This document shows, in pieces, positions 1-13,716 of a stretch of 64,000 nucleotides of DNA. The translations under genes were made by a program, and so were the position numbers. The notes under the pieces are model-generated. The model saw only the letters and a program-made list of their open reading frames with translations. It had not been told where the DNA came from and made no database searches. Location: positions 91,946,001 through 92,010,000 of the forward strand of contig OX597816.1 of the NCBI GenBank assembly GCA_951406725.2, written 5' to 3'. The DNA is from Octopus vulgaris. Taxonomy: Eukaryota. The first letter of the stretch is position 1. Every line of letters begins with the position of its first letter.

Positions 1-433
1 ACCCACCTCTCCCTCTATCATCACAACCACCTCCTCCTCCACCGCCAAAAACCACCACCACCACCACCACTCAGACACACAACCACCACCACAATCAACT
101 ACACAGTCAATACCATCACAGCCACAATAACCACAACACTTACCAGAACCACAAAAACAACCACTATCACAACCACTATCATAACTACCACCACCACCAC
201 CACCATCACCACAACAACAACAACGACCACCATGACTATCACAACGACTTCTGCAAGCCTCATCACGAGCATCTTTATCATCATCGCCAGCAATTGCATT
301 TATACCACTGCTATCACTAACGCTACCAAAGCCATATTCCAATTCTTCTTCGTCTTCCTCCTCTGCCTCATCATCATCATCGTCATCATAATCATCATCA
401 TCATCATCACCATCATCATCATATCATCATCAT

Positions 434-512
<79 letters not shown>

Positions 513-581
513 CCATCATCATCATAATCATCATCATCATCATCAGCATCATCATCATAATCATTATCATCATCATCATCA
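1..581. repeat. ACC/ATC-rich low-complexity tract with (CAT)n
   Basis: Direct inspection; explains the poly-His, poly-Asp and poly-Val pseudo-ORFs. Confidence 0.95.
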
Positions 582-1037
582 GCCATGCGAACAACGCTAA
601 CATCACCGAAATGCCTAATCAGCTGCATCAGTTGGTATACGACTGCAATTGTCTCTGTTAGTTCCAATGTTGGGCACCGTCACCTTTACTGCAAGCCTGG
701 TCCGTAGCGCTAGCATTGCAGCTTTTGCTGTGTTCTTGCAAAAAAAAAAAAAAACAAAAAAAAACAAAAACAGTTGCAACGACAAGATTTCCGAGACGAT
801 AACAAATTCTATTCATCAGCCAGTTATGTGCACTAAATATTTGATAAGGAAATGAATCTTAGTTCACATAACCAGCTAACGATCGGAATTGTACTCTAAT
901 CTTCTTGCCGGTCTCCTGGATCTAGGGTAGATACATAGGTATGTATGAAGGTAGGTTAAATAGTTGATATGATGATAGGTAGATAGATGGATGGATAGAG
1001 ACAAAAGGATAGATAGATAGATATACATACACGCACA

Positions 1038-1072
<35 letters not shown>

Positions 1073-1454
1073 AACAGAGAGAGAGAGAGAGACATAGATA
1101 GACATTTTAGTAATTTAGTATTTAATGAAATCCACATACGCAATGATATTAAAGCCAGCACCCATGTGTGCACGTGTACGTACATATGTATATGCATGTA
1201 TATGCAGGCATACATACATACATACATACATACATACATACATACATACATACATACATACATACATACATACATACATACATACATACATACATACATA
1301 CATACATACATACATACATGCATACATACATACATACAAGACTACCCTACTAATGTCTAAATTCCAGGGAAAGAATCTTGTTTCTAGACCAGAACAAGAC
1401 TAGAAATCGGCTGTTTCTCCATTGGTGAAAAGTTTGAAGAATAAGACTAACACA

Positions 1455-1505
<51 letters not shown>

Positions 1506-1550
1506 GCACACACGCACGCACGCATGTGCACACTAACACGCACACATTCA

Positions 1551-1915
1551 TGGATCTTTTGTTTGGCTGGAACTGTGGAAATTTTAAAGTTTGGAGAAAA
1601 TTTTTAAATTTGGTTTAGTGATGTAATTTTCCACGCTAAATCTCAGAAGCTAAATCCTTTTGTCCAGAAAAAAAAGTATTAAAACAAGTTACAGATGTTT
1701 AAAATTTGATAATTTTTACCCAATCAGAAAGCAAGATTTGGAAGCTGTCATTTTGTGCGTGACTGTACGTGTTGTAAACTATAAACAAATGAAATATTGG
1801 TGGAATTGTGCATTGCGCACGCCATTTAGCTCCTCGTAGCTCTTTCATTCAGAGGAATTTTTAGAAAATTTTTGCGAACTTGTATTCTACACACGAGAAT
1901 TCATATGATTATGCA
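1551..1915. mobile_element. Single arm of a long-TIR DNA element (GGATCT... terminus)
   Basis: Starts GGATCTTTT and resembles the arm style of the 23531-24426 element (ACCAATCA motif at similar depth); the partner arm is not seen. Confidence 0.3.
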
Positions 1916-2300
1916 AAAAACAAAAACAAACAAACAAAAAAATTGATGGGTGATTTAAGGTCTATTTAGCTATTAGTTTCAGTACATTTCACGACTACCT
2001 CATATGTTATGTGTTTTAAGCAGTTAATAGGCGATAGATGACCACGTGGGCTAGCAGCTTGGTAACGGTTGGCTTGTTATGGAAACAGGCACCTATATGT
2101 CTGTGGTTTACAACTAACTAAAATTACCCCAAATTTGCAAACTTTAAAGGCTATTAACTCTTTACGTATTGGTTTACGGTGAAAATGAATTTCATGTCCA
2201 TGATTACCATACAAAACTTCACCAATATACCAAATATGAAATCAACTAGAACAAAAATTGAAGAAATTGAAAAGTGGCAGCAACATAGAAAAGTTCCACA

Positions 2301-2347
<47 letters not shown>

Positions 2348-2699
2348 TCATTCATAACACATAGTCAACATACACCGACATTCACAATACACAAAAACAA
2401 ATTTAACAATCAAACCAGTTTCAATGCTGAATACTTAATAGCCTCTTTGAAAGAGGAACAAACCATTGTACATGCGTCAATGATCCCGGTCTATGAATGA
2501 ATTTCATGTTTATTTCAATACACGTGCTGTATCTGTTTTTGAAAATAAGACAATCACTAATCACTGGTATTGATTTCTCCTTGTACTACTACGAACATTA
2601 ATATTATAATATTAATGCATAGTTTTTACTTTTATTATATTTGTTGGTGAAGTATTTCGTTTGTTTGTTCAGTTCCTTTTTATTTACAAAATATGTGTT

Positions 2700-2804
2700 T
2701 TTATGACGTATATGTATACACGCACACACATACATGCATATACATATATATGTATGCATGTGTACATATATGTATATGTATCTGTATGTGTATGTATGAA
2801 TGTG

Positions 2805-2850
<46 letters not shown>

Positions 2851-2950
2851 CATATGTATGCATGTCTACCTATATGTATAGGTAGACATACATATGCATG
2901 CATGTCTACATATATGTATATGTATATATATGTGTATGCAAGAATGCATG

Positions 2951-3039
<89 letters not shown>

Positions 3040-3083
3040 ATGTATATATATATGTATATATCTGTATGCATATATATGTGTAT

Positions 3084-3155
<72 letters not shown>
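2700..3155. repeat. (TA)n/(TATG)n compound microsatellite
   Basis: Direct inspection. Confidence 0.95.
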
Positions 3156-3157
<2 letters not shown>

Positions 3158-4069
3158 GAATACATACATGGTTTCCCTTTTGCAAAACGTAATTTATGAT
3201 GGTTCTACAATGTGATACTTGAGTTATTTAAACAGACTTATCACTAAGCTATGAAATTCTAAACTAGCCAGGATATGTACACTCGCGCAAACATTCCCCA
3301 CACCCTCAAACACATATACACGCACGGATATGCGCACGTGTCTGTACATATATAAACATGTGCGCACTTGCTTGCATATGTCTGTGCGTTTTAACATATT
3401 TGAACATGTTTTATACACGTATATATGTATATTTGTCTGATCTACTTGCGTACACACACACACACACACGCAGAAACACACACTCATACACACACGGCTA
3501 GAAATGTTTTTGTGCATATATATGAGAACGTATACACAAACAGTGAAGAGCAGTTCTTTCAATAGATAGTCACGTCAATTATTCTGACATGCTTCCCTCA
3601 TTAGAACTGGAATGAGAAATGTATTCCTTGCCGAGCAGAAACGCTAACAGAATAGTGAAAGCCAAAGTTCCATTGAACTAAAATTATACTGCATTACTCA
3701 CAATTCTTGTACATTAGTCGTTTCGTGCTTGTCAAATCTAATTCTGCAAACAACCGGATGATTCTGCGTAACTATATCCTCTATATCCAAAGCGCAAAAT
3801 CCAACGGTTGGAAAAATCCTCAGATCTGCCACGAAGATCAATGATTCTAGTGAAGTTCACTTTAATTGTGTTGTAAGCTCCCGAAGAAAGCAATATAATA
3901 AGGAAACTACTACATTGCTTTCCTAAGGAGCTACATGAATAAACACAGCTTATGTATACCAGTTCTGGGCCTCTCAAGATCTGTGGGCTTCTCGGACAGC
4001 TACCTAGTATGTCTATGTAGAGTGATTGACTTTTATTCCATACTCACTTCCAGACTTCCCCTCCAGAAC

Positions 4070-4205
4070 ACTTGCTGGTGAAGTAGCGAGCTTGACAGAA
4101 CTGCTCTTTGTGTTTTCTACCGTGATATGGGTTCAACTGGTACTACAGATAAAACTGTGTCCAAATTTTCTTTGAAAACATCCATATCTACACCTCGCGG
4201 ATCTC
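4070..4205 (-). mobile_element. CR1/L2-like LINE ORF2 C-terminal remnant
   Basis: RGVDMDVFKENLDTVLSVVPVEPISR*...SSSLLHQ resembles the FK..LD..L..VPDEP...SNSL..Q terminus of CR1/L2-type RT proteins. Confidence 0.6.
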
Positions 4206-4276
4206 TCTGTCTTCTACTCTCTTTCCCGCTCTCTCTGTGTCTCACTCTCTTCCTATCTTTCTCCCCTCTCTCTGTA

Positions 4277-4683
<407 letters not shown>

Positions 4684-4744
4684 CGGGCTTTCACATAGTT
4701 TCAGTCAATAAAATTCATTCATAAAGTATTAGCCGACATGGAGC

Positions 4745-5115
4745 TATAGTATATTTATGCGCAACTGTAACCACGAACACGAACCAACTACTATATTTAC
4801 ATGTATAAAATCTACAGCAAACCAGTTTAATGCACGATACAACCAATACACGCACACTTTTCGCAACACAAACAGGAAGAGTGATATGCCACTATCCACA
4901 CACATGGACATTAGAATTAAAAATACTCCATTTAGCTTCATTTGGTAAATAGTCTCCCTCGCACAACCATACTGAGGTAACTACAAACCCTGCCAATTTT
5001 GTACTAATGAGCAACATTCTAACATTCATAGACCAGATTCTGAACAGAAACTCTGAACTAGTCTCGCCATGCAAGCACAAAATCTCAAAAACACTAAAGC
5101 ATTTTAAACCAATAA
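4745..5115 (+). mobile_element. Penelope-like element, degenerate GIY-YIG endonuclease end
   Basis: Frameshifted translation IVY...STANQFNARYNQYTHTF...LSTH...F.W.I...PCQFC...ILNRNSELVSPCKHK matches the C-terminal pattern of PLE GIY-YIG domains. Confidence 0.7.
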
Positions 5116-5884
5116 TTTTTTCTGACGGCTGAACATGTTAATATCTCACCAACTCCCTCCACCCGCCTACACCATAAATTATCTTTATAACATTCATAAA
5201 ACACACTTTTCCAGCTTTACACTAAACAAATATTCTAGAAATTATCTAGAAGTTTCTCTCCAACAAGAATTCCCACAAAATATTTTCTAGTATACTACTA
5301 CAAACTTACATTCGCATACATGAAATATATATTTGTATTCAAGCAAATTGGAAGACATCTTTCTTTTTTAATTAATACTTCTTCTTTTCTTTTTTAATTT
5401 CAAATTTTGAAAGTTTTAATTTTTAAACCTTTTTTTAAAAATTAAACTGAAGTTTATTTTCATTCCCATTTTTATACATGAAAAATATAAATACGTAAAC
5501 CCACTTTCGCATATATCCAGAGGCCTAAAATAATACATTATGGAATAGTCACGTTTGAAACAGGATGGAAGAAATATTTATAAACACATTACCCACAAAC
5601 TGTACCGCTATAAAATACAAGGGTTAAAATCTCTATATACTAACCAAAATGCATATAGAACAATGAATACTTAAAGAGAAACATATAAACTAATAAATTT
5701 AACACCTACTCAAATTATTTCGGGAACATCAAAGCGCAATTAAAACAAATTTCTGTACTAAAACCATGACCTGCCTGATAATAACCCCTACCATCCAAAT
5801 GAAAAAAGGAAATATCCTATGCAACAATAACAAATAAAGAAACTAGCCAGCTAAAACTTACTACGTACATTCTTTTGTGAACCC

Positions 5885-5950
5885 CCTAGAAACTGTAGTG
5901 AAGAAGTGGATCAAAGAACAGTCAAGAGAATTTTATGTGGCAAGGATTAT
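5885..5950 (+). mobile_element. mariner transposase C-terminal fragment
   Basis: ETVVKKWIKEQSREFY resembles the mariner V..WL..Q..EFY..GI terminus. Confidence 0.45.
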
Positions 5951-6036
5951 TACCAAGTTGCATAGCATTACTTTTAATTCTAATGTAATCTCTTGCTATT
6001 TACAAATATATATATATATATTTATGTATTTGTGTT

Positions 6037-6078
<42 letters not shown>

Positions 6079-6792
6079 GATGTATATAACGCATTTATGT
6101 ATGTATACATAAACATATCAATATATATGCTCATAATTGCTTCAAATTTTGGTACAAGGCCAGTACTTTTGCGTAAGAGGGATTGTTGATTAAATCTATC
6201 CCAATGTTCAACTGCTACTTATTTTATCGACTCAGAAGCAATGAAAGAATAATAACAATAATGCCCTGATGCAGTACCAAGCAGTGGCTCTCGTGGCTTA
6301 ACTGATTGGAAGTGTTATCGTATACATTGTTTTGTCTTGGTGTAAAAGACGAGCTACAGCAAATATTCTGCTCAATACCACAGATTTGCTTGTCGGTTTC
6401 TTGACCTTAACCAGTTGAGCATGTCCCTTAGTGGCTGACGATATGAGCATCTCTGATCATGAGCAGACGTAGTGAGGGAGCATCATAGCCATGTGTTGGG
6501 AGGAATTCTTTGGGATTTGGATAATTCCCCTTTGGAAACATGGCTGTTTTGTTCAACATCCTTAAACAACCCTTATTTAGGGATCTTTTGAGCAGGATGG
6601 GCTATTCGACATGAAGAAAATTCTAGCTGGACCCCACCTGCAAGGTTATGCGCTTTAATTTTGATATGAGATCACCAAGTCGTGCACATATAGTGGTGTA
6701 CCCTTATCAGACGGGTAGTCATGATGGGTATACTGGGTCTCGTATAATTTATGCCAGTGTCACTTTGATGGCCTGCACTGCTCTCTCACTTG

Positions 6793-6858
<66 letters not shown>

Positions 6859-6864
6859 TTAATA

Positions 6865-6936
<72 letters not shown>

Positions 6937-6951
6937 ATAATGATAATAATA

Positions 6952-7025
<74 letters not shown>

Positions 7026-7030
7026 TAAAA
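6793..7030. repeat. (TAA)n/(TAG)n microsatellite
   Basis: Direct inspection. Confidence 0.95.
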
Positions 7031-7416
7031 ACAGCAACAGCAATAATGATAAAAATCGGAAAAAAATTTTTAATACACTCAGTACTTTTTCAACCACAAA
7101 TTTCAAATAAAACAAACCAATGTAATCTACCCACGCATCTCCAGCTTGATAAATGTGTTATCGTCTGCATCTCACTTTAGTTGAAGTGTTTATCTGGTTT
7201 ACTGGGACAGTTACCTCGATTCATAATTGTCTCATAGGGTTTCACTCAACAACATAGCATCTAGAGATATGTTATTTTTATGCTAAAATTTAACATAAGA
7301 AGATATTTCACCTTGGTATAATGAATAGATCAGAAGTAACACAACTAGCATGGTTAAAGACGGTTAAGATAAGTGTGTGTATATCTCTAACTGTTAAATT
7401 GCCTGTTAGAAATGCG

Positions 7417-7469
<53 letters not shown>

Positions 7470-7667
7470 CGAAGAGAACAAGAATGGATAGGTTTTTGTA
7501 CAAAACCTATCCATTCTTGTTAGTACAAACTATCCATTCTTGTTGTTCATTCTCGCTTATAATCACCCCACATTACTGTATTGTTAAATCAGTATAGTTT
7601 TTTTTGGTGCATCTAAGTTAGGTACCATATCAAGTAAATTCATTTAAATTAACTTGAATCTTTATTG

Positions 7668-7729
<62 letters not shown>

Positions 7730-7733
<4 letters not shown>

Positions 7734-8008
7734 ATAAGTGCCTTCTGCTATACCCTCGAGTCGACCAAACCTTGTGAGTGAATGTGGTAGACGGAAACTG
7801 AAAGACGCCTGTCGTACATGTCCTTTTATTTTATTCTTTTACTTGTTTCAGGCATTTGACGTAAACACACCAACATCAGTTGTCAAGCGACGGTGGTGGG
7901 GACAAACACTGACACACCAACATATACATATACATACATATATATATATATATATGTATGTATATGTATATGTATGTATATATATATATATGTATATGTA
8001 TATGTATG

Positions 8009-8045
<37 letters not shown>

Positions 8046-8049
8046 GTAT

Positions 8050-8084
<35 letters not shown>

Positions 8085-8310
8085 GACCTATATACCTATG
8101 TGTGTCTTTGTGTCTGTTTGTCCCCTCCCCGCCATCACCGCTTAATAACCGGTACTGGGGTGTCTACGTCCCCGTAACTTAGCGGCTCGGCAAACGATAC
8201 CTATAATAAGTACCACGCTTAAAAAATAAGTGCTGGAGTCGACTAAAATCCTTCAAAGTGGTGCTCCAGCGTGGCCGCAGTCAAATGACTGAAACACGTA
8301 AAAGAATAAA
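7730..8310 (+). mobile_element. CORE-like SINE (family B) with an antisense fragment in its internal microsatellite
   Basis: ...accaaaccttgtgagtgaatgtggtagacggaaactgaaaga... and tail ...ccccgtaacttagcgg...gtcaaatgactgaaaca...; matches copies at 29891, 32552 and 54745. Confidence 0.8.
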
Positions 8311-8323
8311 AATTATATGCGTA

Positions 8324-8373
<50 letters not shown>

Positions 8374-8399
8374 CGAGTTGGCTCACACACACACACACA

Positions 8400-8774
8400 T
8401 GTTGGATAAAATGCTTAGAGGCATTTCTTCTTGCTCTTTACGTTCTGAGTTCAAATTCTACCGGAGTCAATTTTGTCTTTCATACTTTCGGGCTTGATGA
8501 AATAATTACTAGATGAATACTTGGGTTGATGTCATCAACTAGATCCCTCCTGCAAACTTTCAGGACTTGAGCTGGCAGAATCGTTAGCACACTGGGCGAA
8601 ATGCTTAGCGAGATTTCGTCCTTGTTTACATTCTGAGTTCAAATTCGGCCGAGGTCGACTTTGCCTTTCTTCTTTCTTGGTCGATAAATTATGTACCAGT
8701 CAAATACTGGGGATGATGTGATAGATTGTTCCCCTCCCCACTAAAATCCGGGCTTTGTGCTTATAGTAGAAAGG

Positions 8775-8775
<1 letters not shown>
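8400..8775 (+). mobile_element. Two tandem tRNA-derived SINEs (family A, Meta-like domain)
   Basis: gagctggcagaatcgttagc...gagttcaaatt...gaggtcgactttgccttt...; followed by (TTA)n. Confidence 0.8.
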
Positions 8776-8845
<70 letters not shown>

Positions 8846-8889
8846 GTTTTATATTCTTCCATCATCTGGTTATGAGACTTCTGTAAACA

Positions 8890-9275
8890 TATACAATATA
8901 AGCCACCCATTCGTCTTCTCCGCTCCACTATCTCTGTAGGAGTTGTGGAGAAGGAAGAGTCCTCAGGCATCTCCTCCATAGGATCCTGTCAGAAATAACC
9001 GTCATTACACTTTCCGGTTGAATTTTCAAGTGTGACCAACTGAGATCATGGATGTTATTTCAACCTACTCATTCTTGGCTTACTCCGACGTCTCCTACCG
9101 GTTGGCTCAGCTTGAAGAATACGTCGTTCAATTCTTTCCCGCAACATTTTCATCCCATGTTCATATTACCTTTCAATGCAGAGAAGTAGTGGCTCGACCT
9201 GGAGATGTTCCCTGATCTCCGAGTTTCGCAGCCTGTCGAGGAATGTTACTCTCGTGATTCTTCAGAAGACAGGCA
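8890..9275 (-). mobile_element. RTE-clade LINE 3' remnant
   Basis: Minus-strand translation FLDRLRNSEIREHLQVEPLLLCIER...RRILQAEPTGRRRRSKPR...DRILWRRCL is typical of the RTE C-terminus. Confidence 0.75.
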
Positions 9276-10261
9276 TAAAAACCGAAATGAAAACTGTGTT
9301 TTGCTTTTTTTTCTCCCAAGTCTCCTCTTCTAAGGATCGAATGTTGGAGCTGATGCATTTCTGTGACTGCACCTGCAATTGTAGCGTCCACTTCACCCCC
9401 CTTGCTTCCCAATCACTCGTCTAATATATAGTTATTAGAAGCCGAAACTTTATAAATTGTAAATCCAAGTTTCAGCTTCCAATAAACGTTAAACTTTAGT
9501 GTTGAGTATTTATTTTATTCCTCTTCTTTATTGCATTGCGAAGGCATTCGAATGTTTTATGTTATTTATTTCTTAATATAAATGAACATTTTTTGCAAAA
9601 ACAGGCATATTCATATCACATATTCAAGACTCCAATTTTATTGATCAGCTTTATCGAATACGAAAGACAAAGCCCGATCTATTGGGATCCGAACGCTAAG
9701 ATGTGAGCCTTCAAACCAAATATCAAGATAAAAAGAAAAAGAAAGGAAGAAAGAAACAAAAACAAAAACAAGATAAAGAAACAAAGAAACAAAAATTCAA
9801 TTCTCAAATAATTTTCCCTCTGGGATTCAAAACCAGAAGTCACGAAACAGTTGTGCACTTTCTAGACAAAAATCAATAAATGAATATCACATCATATTTA
9901 AGAATTTCCATTTTTATTTTGAAAACCTGTTCAGCTGGGATGAATATTTTTTGTTTCTAATATTTTAATATTTTCATGCAGATCATATTCTATTTCTCTG
10001 CCTTGATAATACATCGATTCAAGATTTTCTTAGTACTGGGCTATCGTGGTTTTCAGTAGTCATCAGAATAAATCGAAATTTATCCGAGCATTCATAATTA
10101 CAGTGTCAGTATTAATGAATGCTGAGAACAGTCGCAATATTTACTGATTGGGTGGTTAGATTCACAATGTGATATACACGATGATTTACAGAATCTATGT
10201 GAATAATTTTCTTCTCACACTTATAGTTGTCAGTAATATACATATGTAGGGGGTAGACTAA

Positions 10262-10319
<58 letters not shown>

Positions 10320-10339
10320 TAATAATAACAATGACAATA

Positions 10340-10553
10340 ACCCTTTCTACTATGGGCACAAGGCTTGAAATTTGAGGGAAGGGGAGTAGTCCATTAAATC
10401 GACCTCAGTGTTTCACTGGTACTTAATCTATCGACTCCGAAAGAATGAAAGGCAAAGTCGACCTCGGCGGAATTTGAACTCAGAACGTGAAGACAGACGA
10501 ATTGCTGCTGAGCATTTCGCCCGGCTAGCTAACGGTTCTGCCAGCTCGCCGCC
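10340..10553 (-). mobile_element. Family A SINE between (TAA)n tracts
   Basis: Reverse complement of the ggcggcgagctggcag head through the ...gcccatagtagaaagg tail. Confidence 0.85.
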
Positions 10554-10559
10554 TTTTTG

Positions 10560-10686
<127 letters not shown>

Positions 10687-10736
10687 TAACATCGAAAGAT
10701 ACCTTAGGAATAAGAACCCAGGTTCGAAATTTCCCC

Positions 10737-10786
10737 AAGATATCTGAAGAAGGCTGGAGGGTATATCAGCCGAAACGTTGTGTTAA
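10737..10786 (+). ncRNA. Minimal type-I hammerhead ribozyme motif (Penelope-type) in a ~175-bp element (10688-10862)
   Basis: gatat-CUGAAGA-a-GGCUG(gagggtatat)CAGCC-GAAA-CGU-U-gtgtt: intact core, 5-bp stem II, palindromic ACGU in place of stem III, wobble-rich stem I. Confidence 0.7.
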
Positions 10787-10865
10787 CAACGAACAAGATG
10801 AGGACAAATATCCGTCGAATGTAAATAATGTACATAATTTCTCATCTCTTAAATATAGAACTAAA

Positions 10866-13207
10866 CTCTGGACTCCTATAACAACAGAAGAGAGGTCACC
10901 CAGGTACTGCAATAACTAAGCAACTAGAAGGCACCCGGGCACGACAAGATCCCCAACTTCTGGTTAAAATATCTAACAGGAACACAAAACGTTGGCTGAG
11001 AAGTTTAATGAAATACTAGCAGAGCCAGAGACAGTGCCTGAATGGCTTACAGAAGGGAAAACTATCTTAATTTCCAAATCCACTGAAACGGCAAACCCAC
11101 AAATTGCAGATCCATAACTTGTCTCCCTACAATTTACAAAGCCTTTACTGCAATAATATCGCAGAGAATGGGAGAACATCTGGAAGAAAACAACCTGTTC
11201 CCAGAAGAGCAGAAAGGATACTGCAAGGGCTCATACGGATGTAAAGATCAGCTCTTGATCAATATAGCCATAACTGAAGACAGTCATAGGAAAGAGAAGG
11301 ATCTAAGCATAGCTTGGATTGATTATTGAAAGGCTTTTGATAGTATTCCTCACACATGGATTTTAGAAACACTAGCCATGAACAAGGTAACAATCATAAA
11401 ATATACAAAACATTCTATGAATAAGTGGCAAACAGTGCTATAGCTCCAGACAAAAGAGGGACTCATAAAAAACCAAATCATCCCCATTAGAAGAGGTATA
11501 TTCCAGGGAGACACGCTCTCTCCACTCCTTTTCTGCTTGACACTGACACCTTTATCTGACATGCTAATCAAAACTGGATGTGGATACAACTGTTACAGTA
11601 AAGCAATCAACCATCTCTTGTATATGGAAAATTTAAAACTATGCTGCAAATGATAAACATCTGGAAACATTACTACTAGGCAGTACATGGATTTACCAAT
11701 TAAATAAACATGAAATTTGGTTTTAAAAATGTGCCAGAGCAACCTTGAAAAGAACACTAGTTAAGAGTAGCATCACACTAGATAAAGCAAATGAAATAAA
11801 AGAATTAGACCAAAGCCAGACATACAGATACATAGGAATCGATGTACTAGACTCGATACAATATACACAAATGTAAGAGAAGATAAAAAAGGAATACAAT
11901 ATACGAGTTAGACTAATACTGAAAGCAAATTTCAATGCGAAAAACAAGATAATAAGTATCAACACTATAGCCGTCTCAGTTATAAGTTACAGATACAATA
12001 TTCTTAACTAAGCTAAACTAATCAAAATAGTCAGGAAAACAAGAAAAATAATAACAGGATTCAGGATGCATCACCCAAAATCTGACATAAAAAGGTTACA
12101 TATACAACGTATTGAGAGGCTATATACAGCTAGAAAACTATTACAAAATAAACACCATAGTATTACAGAAATTCCTACATCAGAAGCAAAGAAAACTGAT
12201 ACAAATATCCATAAAACACGAACAAAACAAAAAGCTGTTTTCTGAAAAATACAAAAAAAAAAAGAAGTCATAGTACCTAACAGTTATGAAGAGTAAGAAG
12301 AAACAGCAAAAGCTGTAAAACAACTGAAATACAAACTAAAACTGGAACAGTAACGTATCATGATAAATTGATGGCAAAAAAGCCTCTACATGGCAAATAT
12401 TGGGTTAAACTAAACAGAAAAGAAATAGACAAAGCAAACTCTCAACAATGACTGAGAAGCCCAGGACTCAAAGCAGAGACTCAAGGATTTCTAATTGCGC
12501 ACAAAATCAAAGCCTTCCCATCTGAAATCGTCAAAAATATATAATGAAAAGAAATACAAGTAACTGCAGAATATGTGGTGATGGAGAAGAAACAATAAAT
12601 CATATTGTCTCTAGCTGCTCAGTCCTGGCAAAGAATGAATATATTCACAGAAACGATAGACTTGGAACCTATATACACTGGAAGTTATGCCAACACTGTG
12701 GAATAACAACAGAAAAAAGTTGGTATAGGCACACCTCAGAAAAGGTCACAGAAAATGAGAAAGCAACCATACACACATATAGAAAAATCAAGACTAAAAG
12801 GCCGGATATAGTTATCAGAGATAACCAAGAAAAAAAACTTTCTAATTGATGTTTCAATACCAACAGGTAACAATGTTTCTCTAAAAGAAACGGAGAAACT
12901 TTCAAAATACAAAGATTTGGAAATAGAGGTAACTCGAATGTGGAGCCTAAAAACAAAAGCAATTCCTATTATAGTAGGCGCATTAGGTATGATAAAAAAT
13001 ATTCAGACAAATATAAAACAAAAACTTCAGGATTTACAAGTATATATAGCATACAGGAAATAGCACTACTAGGCACCTTATCCTACGTAACACACTTTCA
13101 ATACAGTGAAAATAGAAGCTCCACAATAATCACAGCACATACCCAAGGCACGCTGACCTGCGCACGGTAGTGCAGTGAAAGCACGTGATAAAAATAAGAT
13201 TACTGAA
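10866..13207 (+). mobile_element. 5'-truncated, decayed R4/Dong-like non-LTR retrotransposon (RT + CCHC + restriction-like endonuclease)
   Basis: KAPGHDKIPNFWLK, GIFQGDTLSPLLFCL, HLLYMEN (decayed YMDD), CRICGDGEETINHIVSSC, RPDIV...LIDVSIP...KYKDL; many stops and frameshifts; ends in a TAA-type tail. Confidence 0.9.
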
Positions 13208-13224
13208 TAATAATTATGATAATA

Positions 13225-13428
13225 ATCCTTTCTACTATAGACACAACACCTGAAATTTTGGGGAGGGGACTAATCGATTACATCGACCCAGTGTTTTACT
13301 GGTACTTGATTTATAGACCCCGAAAACATGAATGGCAAAGTCGACCTCGGCGGGATTTGAACTTAGAACATAAAGACAGACGAAAAGCCGGTGAGCATTT
13401 TGCCCAGGGTGCTAACCATTCTGCCAGT
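13225..13428 (-). mobile_element. Family A SINE
   Basis: Same sequence as the other family A copies, in reverse. Confidence 0.8.
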
Positions 13429-13665
13429 AATAAGCACATCAAGAATTTTGGAGCTCTATCAAACTTAAAGTGATCCAGAAAATAGCATTGTTGGGTTCAG
13501 CTCGTGTCCTAAGGAATTTTTTGTCTCCTAGAGACACAGGTTTGAAACCTTTGGTAATTTGTTATTACCGGCTTTCAAGTAAAGAAAAACCCTGAACTAA
13601 GATTTACCCGAGTGTTAGTGAATGATAATGATGATGATGATAATAATAATAGCAATAATAATAAA
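13428..13665 (+). mobile_element. 3' end of a second R4/Dong-like element
   Basis: IQKIALLGSARVLRNFLS terminus (compare EIALLGT near 13060), followed by a TGA/TAA tail. Confidence 0.65.
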
Positions 13666-13670
13666 TTTTA

Positions 13671-13716
<46 letters not shown>

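Noticed and set aside
99-667. Poly-His, poly-Asp and poly-Val ORFs
   Set aside because: Translations of (CAT)n/(ACC)n repeats; no splice or domain support. The same applies to the many YI/MYVC/HT/LSIY ORFs across the window.
615-735. Poly-T followed by AG on the minus strand as a possible last cholinesterase exon (SKAAMLALR...)
   Set aside because: The first AG after the tract gives an immediate stop; the peptide from the later AG resembles neither a T-peptide nor a GPI signal.
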